Assembly (NCBI GenBank): GCA_951406725.2
Contig: OX597819.1
Coordinates: forward strand, 96,534,001 to 96,598,000
DNA: 64,000 nt
Reading direction: 5' to 3'
Source: Octopus vulgaris
Taxonomy: Eukaryota
Under the pieces are notes generated by a model. It was not told where the DNA came from. It worked only from the letters and a program-made list of their open reading frames with translations, and did no database searches. Of the stretch, positions 57,042 to 64,000 are shown piece after piece (the first letter of the stretch is position 1; the number at the start of each line of letters is the position of its first letter). A program made the translations under genes and the position numbers.

Positions 57042-57450
57042 CTAGCAGCTAAGCCCAGTTTCACCCGGTTTGTTTGCATGATGTGGCTCGATTGGAGCAC
57101 CCAGCTGTATGAAAATTTCCTTACTCCCCTTACCCCGTCACAAAACAGCTTCAGGAATTGTGAAGAACGAATTTATACGTAGTCTGTTTCTGAGAGCTAT
57201 TCTATTGGACCTCTGTCTAATCATTAAAACACTGATTTAATTATGAACATAGAAAGAAATTATACATTAATCCCCATTTTTGTAAGCAGTTGTATCCGTA
57301 AAAATGTTATTTGCAGAACAGAAATTGACAGAAGATATATGAAATGGAAGTGTGGGTGGGTGTGCGCGCGCGTGCGTTCTCATCGTATAAAACTTTTACG
57401 ATAGATGATTTATGAAAAAGGTTGTTAAATTTTTGAAATGCAAATATGTG
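57042..57450 (-). mobile_element. Helitron-like 3' end
   Basis: Minus strand: CCGGGTGAAACTGGG hairpin followed by CTAG|T; 5' extent uncertain. Confidence 0.55.
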
Positions 57451-57937
57451 AATGAAAATTAAGTTCAGACTTGTTCATGGTAGCTAGACTTGGTAGAAAT
57501 AGCAGCCAAATCTCCCTCAAAACACCTTACTGTCTTAATCCGACAATTCTTCCTATTATGTAGTTTGAATGAGAAACTGTAAGTAAGGATTAAGAATATT
57601 AACCCCACAAAGAGGTGAAAGAAGAGAGACAGTATAGCGAAAGTTTTGGCTGACTGTCATCCTGTACTCCCCTTGTTGCTAGCGAAATGGTATATCCCGC
57701 CTGTGTGAGCAACTGGCTGTTTTAAAAGCGGAACAAACAGGTGAATTCCATTAGAAAAAGTTTTAATCGATTTCCTAGGTAACTATGGGGGCTATGAAAA
57801 AAATACAAACCGCATTCCAATCTATGCACACGTTTCCACATGTGTGCCATTTTACACGCGAATCCACCCTGCCGTTTGACTGTGAAACTCAAGACAAGAA
57901 AGAATACAACGATCGCCCATGTCCAATTTATATATTA

Positions 57938-58668
57938 TCTATATATATAAACAGCAAAATGTGTGTGTGTGTGTGTGTGTCCTTTATACAAATCCACAAT
58001 TTTTCAGTTAGAGGGCTCGCACTTTCTATGGTCATTCAAAACCGTCCAAGGGTGGTTGTGAAGATCTTTTCATTTCCCCAGTTACCCCTGAAGGCTATTT
58101 TAAAAAATCGATAAACCGACCCCTTATGTTTCAGGTAACAAAAGTCTTTAATACAAGGGACGTAACTCACTTAATCCAGCAGTTTAATCTAAAGATATTA
58201 AACCATAGTAAGGGAAATAACTCTTTAAAACTCTGCATTTCCCTTCCTTTGTTATGTATCACACCTCAATACTGTACCAGAACAATTTATCCAATTTAGG
58301 ACCGGAACTGTCCCAGATTTCTGGATTTTCCAGTTTCCCAGAGAATTTCTAAACGTTTGCTTAAAATCTCTATATCTATAAATGGCAAAATGCATGTTTT
58401 TTTTTTATTGGCCGGAGATAATTTTACACCTGACAGTTGGATGCGCGTGCGCATTTGCAGATAGTCTGTATGACTGCGCATTTTTGTGTTTTGCGAAGAC
58501 GCGTTATCATGTGTTTTGGCTTTCAAACGTGCGCGCTTTTTTGATTTGAGAAATGCAGGGAATAATTAACAAGTTAGACCAAGTGAATGACAAGAGAGCG
58601 GGATTTTCATGAAAGACAAAATATGCTTGACAAGCACTAGACCCGACAACGCCGGGTCATAGTGCTAG
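57938..58668 (+). mobile_element. non-autonomous Helitron(s)
   Basis: A|TCTATATATATAAA start (57938) and a second start (58367); 3' hairpin GACCCGACAACGCCGGGTC then CTAG|T at 58665-58669. Confidence 0.8.
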
Positions 58669-58690
58669 TACATCTATATAGATATATATA

Positions 58691-59103
58691 GGCGTAGGAG
58701 TGGCTGTGTGGTAAGTAGCTTGCTTATGAACCACATGGTTCCGGGTTCAGTCCCACTGCGTGGCACCTTGGGCAAGTATCTTCTACTATAGCCTTGGGCT
58801 GGCAAAAAACCTTGTGAGTGGATTTGGTAGACGGAAACTGAAAGAAGCCCGTCGCATATATGTATATATATATATGTAAGTGTGTGTATATGCTGGTATA
58901 TCTGTGTTTGTCCCTCAACACCGCTTGACAACCGATGCTGGTGTGTTTACGTCTCCGTAACTTAGCGGTTCGGCAAAAGAGACCGATAGAAAAAGTACTA
59001 GGCTTACAAAGTATAAGTCCTGGGGTCGATTTGCTCGACTAAAGGCCGTGCTCCAGCATGGCCACAGTCAAATGACTGAAACAAGCAAAAGAGTAAAAAG
59101 AGT
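58691..59103 (+). mobile_element. SINE family A (full length)
   Basis: Complete from head to tail. Confidence 0.93.
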
Positions 59104-59111
59104 ATACATGC

Positions 59112-59174
<63 letters not shown>

Positions 59175-59290
59175 GCATATATATTTTCATATATATGTAA
59201 ATAAGCTATACATATATATATATATACATATATGCACACACTCAATGTTTATGTATATATACGCATTTATATAATGTAATATATTATACG

Positions 59291-59348
<58 letters not shown>

Positions 59349-59954
59349 ACTCTCTCACTATATATATATAAAGTCTTATATGTGTCTGTGTTTGCGCGCA
59401 TGCGTGTGTATGCATGCATTATCTCCTGTATACTTTGCTCATATATTTTAGCTGCAAAGGTTAAAAGGTGTCTGGAACCAGTTGGATTTCTTACAATAAA
59501 AAATAGCTTCAACAGTACCCCCTCCCACCACTACTACCACTACCTCTCCGCTACTCCCACCACCTTCCCCACTATCACCAGCAGTAACAATAAAAACAAA
59601 ACAATAGTACCAACAGCCCTGCCTATACCAGTGTCAACGTCATCAGCACTAAAATCACGGTCAACGCAGCGACCACCACCACAACCACCATCACCAACAA
59701 CAACACCAGCACCACCACCACCAACAATGACTGCACCTCCACCACAACCACCCTGACAACTACTACCACGACAGCCACCACCACCACCACCAGCAACAAC
59801 AACAACTACACCTCTACCACAACCACCTTGAGAACTACCACCACGACGACAGCTACCACCACCACTACCACTATCACCACGTCCACCACCACCACCACTG
59901 AAAGGCAGCACAATATCAGATATTTCAACAATAGCAAAATTTACCACCACCACC

Positions 59955-59998
<44 letters not shown>

Positions 59999-60002
59999 CG
60001 CC

Positions 60003-60034
<32 letters not shown>

Positions 60035-60071
60035 CAGCAAATAACAAATAATAATTAAAAAAAAAAAAATA

Positions 60072-60106
<35 letters not shown>

Positions 60107-60122
60107 TAATAATAATATTAAA

Positions 60123-60169
<47 letters not shown>

Positions 60170-60806
60170 TAATAGCAACAACAACAACAACAATAACAAC
60201 ATTATCAGCTATAAATACAAACTAGTTGACACGTGTGGGAACATTTCTGCCTGGGAACGAACTTCGACTGTTACCTACATCTCGACTCAAAATCTAATCC
60301 TCATTCTCACATCCATTCTCCGTTACTCGATTTACATGTTGCTGCTGTGATTGTTGTTGCTTGCTCTTGTCGTTATAGATAATGGAGCATATTGTTGCTC
60401 GTGTTGTTGTTGTTGCTGTTGATAATGAATTCATTGTAGTTGTTCTTGTTGGTAATGAACTTGTTTTATATTGTTGTTGCTGTCTTTTTTTTGCTTTTTT
60501 CTTCTTTTTCTTTGTTTTTTTTTTCGTTTATTTGCATCTGATTACATTTGTTGCTGTTACGAGTACTATTGTCTCAAAAAGTTGCACTTCTTTCTCTCAA
60601 TAACATAGTTATTTGTCATCATCATCATCATCATCATCGTCATCATCATCATCATCATCATAATCGTCATCATCATCAAGGTGGCAATAATGAAGGTAGT
60701 GGCGGTGGTGGTGATGGTAGTAGTGGTGGTCATCATTGTCGACGTTATACATATAAAAATGCCTACTGTTATTGTTTTTGCTCGAAGTATTTCTTATATA
60801 TATATT

Positions 60807-60862
<56 letters not shown>

Positions 60863-61439
60863 CACACGCATACACACACGCGCGCGCGCGCACACACATA
60901 TATAGACATGTATATCTTATATGTATATGTGTGTGTATGTATTAATGCATATGTATGTAATTCTCTCCCGGGTTCAAGTTCATTACCAACTATTTCACCC
61001 ACGTTGATATATGAAGATGATATAAAACCCGTTTTCAATTACTTTCAATGCTCGTATTTGAGAGAAGTAACCTCTTTGTATACGAATAAAATTGATTCAT
61101 ACAAATGTATAGAAGAATTGGGAGCGGAATCTTAGTGATAATCTGCAAGTCTGCAAGATTACTTTATATCGGTTCCTTTCCTCTAAGATCATAATCTGAA
61201 ACCGGATGAACTTGATTCTCTCTGTAACATTCCAGTCGTTGAGAAGTTGCATGTTTTACGGATTTGGTGTAACCGGCGATGCACCCTGACGGTCACGTGT
61301 TCCGTATTATTTCCTGTGACTTGCAATTTGGTGCGGGTGTCTGGTTATACATCTGAATAAGACTTCCGGAAGTAAAGGACCACGTACGAATCCGGCATTA
61401 CATTGAGATGAATACTTTACTTTGAAACTTTAGTGACAG

Positions 61440-61865
61440 AGAGAGGGGCTGTGCGGTTAAAAAGCTTGTTTTCCAACGATGTAGTCTTGAATTCGGTCCT
61501 ATAGCGCGGCACCTTGGGCAAGTGTCTTTTACTATATTCATGGGCCCTGCCAAAGCGTTGTGAGTGGATTTGATTGAGAGAAACGGAAAAGAAGTCCGTC
61601 GTATGTATATGTGTGTGTGTGTTCACGTATATGCCTGTGTGTGTCTCTGTGCTTGTGTTGTGTTTTTTCCCCTCTACTGCTTCATAACCGTAATTAAGTA
61701 GTTCAGCAAAGAAAAAATAAAATAAAATAAATAAACAAAGCAGATAGAATATGTACTTAATTTCAAAAATAAATAAGTACCGAGGTGAAGTTGTTCGACT
61801 AAACCCTTCAAAGCGGTATCCCAGCATGGCCACATTCCAATGAGTGATACTAGTAAAAAAGAAAA
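61440..61865 (+). mobile_element. SINE family A (old copy)
   Basis: Diverged but colinear with family A. Confidence 0.8.
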
Positions 61866-62279
61866 AGAGAACGAAAACATCATTTGTAGACTTATAATAA
61901 TGGCGACGAAGACGAAATACACTAAATGACGATGCATTAACATTGTACGAAAGCCAAGTAATTATACATAAGACTGACCAATCATACAGCGAGCATGCTC
62001 AAGAAATACTCCAAAATGGAGGACTGTCAAAGTCATTGTTGAAGAAGATGATAATAACAAATAACAAGTTGTTTAGACCTAAGACTAAATAAACAATTTC
62101 TATTTGAAAACGGTACGAAGTGCCAAAAAATGTGAGTGGTGCCAGTCATTTGATCTCAAATAAATACTAAATACATAAATAAATAAACAAAATTGTATAC
62201 ACAAAAAATATTGAAGTAGGCAACAGAGTAATATTTAAACACATATGAAGAAACAGAACATCTAGGTTATGTTTTTATG

Positions 62280-62505
62280 CCCTAGTCATACAGTTTCAAA
62301 TCATTGCCCAAAACTAGTAAATCTAGCATGGGGGAGGAAAATTGATTATATCGAGCCCTGTACTCAACTGGTACTTGTTTTATCGACCCCAAAAGGATGA
62401 CAAACAAAGTGGGCCTAAACGGAATTTGAACTTAAGGCATAAAGTCGGAAAGAAATGGCGCTAAGCATTTTGTCCGGTTTCTTAATGATTCTGCCAGCTC
62501 ACAGC
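62280..62505 (-). mobile_element. SINE family B (diverged)
   Basis: TTATCGACCCCAAAAGGATGA..GGAATTTGAACT..GATTCTGCCAGCTCAC. Confidence 0.8.
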
Positions 62506-62519
62506 CTTCCTATGTTCTT

Positions 62520-63830
62520 GTAATATAAAGTCTGAAAACGATAAGGATCTTATAGAAAAGAAAATCTAATATAAGATCACTGCAAGGATATATATTTATA
62601 TTGAGGAGAGGTATTGATATAAATTTATATAGTAGGAATACATTGAGGATATTTATCTAAAAACTATAGTAATAAAGAGTAGGGAAATCTTATTAAAAAT
62701 TACAAGAATGTACGCTAAGAATATTGATGTAAGTACATAATGTATCATACAGTGAGGATACTGTTGTTAGGATATAGAGTAATTAAAAGGGTGTTAATAT
62801 AAGGATACACAATATTTTTTTTAGTTAAGATATTGTTGTAAGGATATATAGCAATACAAAGTAAGGACATCCATGTAAGGCTATACTGTAATATAAAAAT
62901 TAACGTTATTGAGATAAAAATATTTAGTGAAATATGAAGTAACAATATTAATTTGAGGTTACATAGTAATATAAAGTAAGTTTATTCTTTTCTACTCTAG
63001 GCAAAAATCCCCAAAATTTTGGGGGAGGGGGCCAGTCGATTAGATCGAGACCAGTACGTAACTGGTACTTAATTTATTGACTCCGAAAGGATGAAAAGTA
63101 AAATCGACCTCTGCGGAATTTGAACTCAGAACGTAAAGATATACGAAATACCTATATCATTACTGACCATAAGGAGCTACACACAGAGGGGACAAACAAG
63201 GACAGGCAAACGGATTAAGTCGATTATATCGACCCCAGTGCGTAACTGGTATTTATTTAATCGACCCCGAAAGGATGAAAGGCAAATTTGACCTCGGCGG
63301 AATTTGAACTCAGAACGTAACGACAGACGAAATACCTATCTCTTTACTACCCACAAGGGGCTAAACACAGAGAGGACAAACAAGGACAGACAAACGGATT
63401 AAGTCGATTACATCGACCCCAGTTCGTAACTGGTACTTTTTTAATCGACCCCGAAAGGATGAAAGGCAAAGTCGACCTCGGCGGAATTTGAACTCAGAAC
63501 GTAGCGGCAGACGAAATACTGCTAAGCATTTCGCCCGGCGTGCTAACGTAAGTATAGTGAAATTGGTTTAATATAGATATATTAACCAGAGATATGAAAT
63601 TGGTTAAATATAGATATATTAACCAGAGATATTAACGTAAAAAAGTGAATATATACTGTATAAAGATATGAATGTATAGCTATGCAATAATGCAATGTAA
63701 TATTATTCATGTAAGGATGTACTGTTGTATATACTATTGTATACTATTGTATGGCACAAGGATATTTGCATAAAACTATATAGTAATATGAAGGAATGAT
63801 ATTAAGGTAAGGACAAACAGTAATATAAAA
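62520..63830. repeat. degenerate AT-rich minisatellite (..TAAGGATAT..) interrupted by a SINE multimer
   Basis: AAGGATAT/GAGGATAT variants recur on both sides; 63559-63631 is a local direct duplication. Confidence 0.6.
62982..63547 (-). mobile_element. multimeric SINE family B (three units)
   Basis: Junctions CGAAATACCTAT at about 63145 and 63328; same layout as 43277-44046. Confidence 0.92.
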
Positions 63831-64000
63831 GACGCTTAGCTTACGAACGAATAGCTTTTAGAGGAATTATATTAAAGAGATGCAAAACAAATTCACCACG
63901 TGGATAAGAAACAACTCCGAGATATCATTGATACGTCATCTGGTTTGAATTCTCCTCACACAGAGGAATTAAGACACTGCAGAATAAAGCCTTTACATTG

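Noticed and set aside
59382-60202. Pro/Thr-rich (+) or Gly/Val-rich (-) ORFs resembling mucin or glycine-rich protein
   Set aside because: Degenerate (CAC/CAA/TAC)n repeat, open in several frames, with no splice or domain evidence.

Overview
AT-rich, repeat-saturated eukaryotic non-coding DNA with no intact protein-coding gene, rRNA, true tRNA or CRISPR array. The repeat content resembles octopus/cephalopod genomes (inference from the style of the SINE families). Nearly all ORFs in the track are translations of microsatellites. The window holds about 30 copies of four tRNA-derived SINE families (labelled A-D here), decayed LINE remnants (RTE, CR1, R4/Dong), DNA transposons (DD37D maT deletion derivatives, a mariner MITE, a Buster-type hAT MITE, Helitron ends), a probable Gypsy-like LTR and several Penelope-like element (PLE) remnants. 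The strongest hidden signal is a set of hammerhead ribozyme motifs read directly from the sequence. There are five loci with canonical type I cores (5209, 29852, 32353, 46514, 56830), two copies sharing an A6U core variant (31588, 48615), a possible type II arrangement (55597) and degenerate copies. One locus is a 143-bp palindrome with a ribozyme on each strand. All pairings were assigned by eye; no folding or database search was run.
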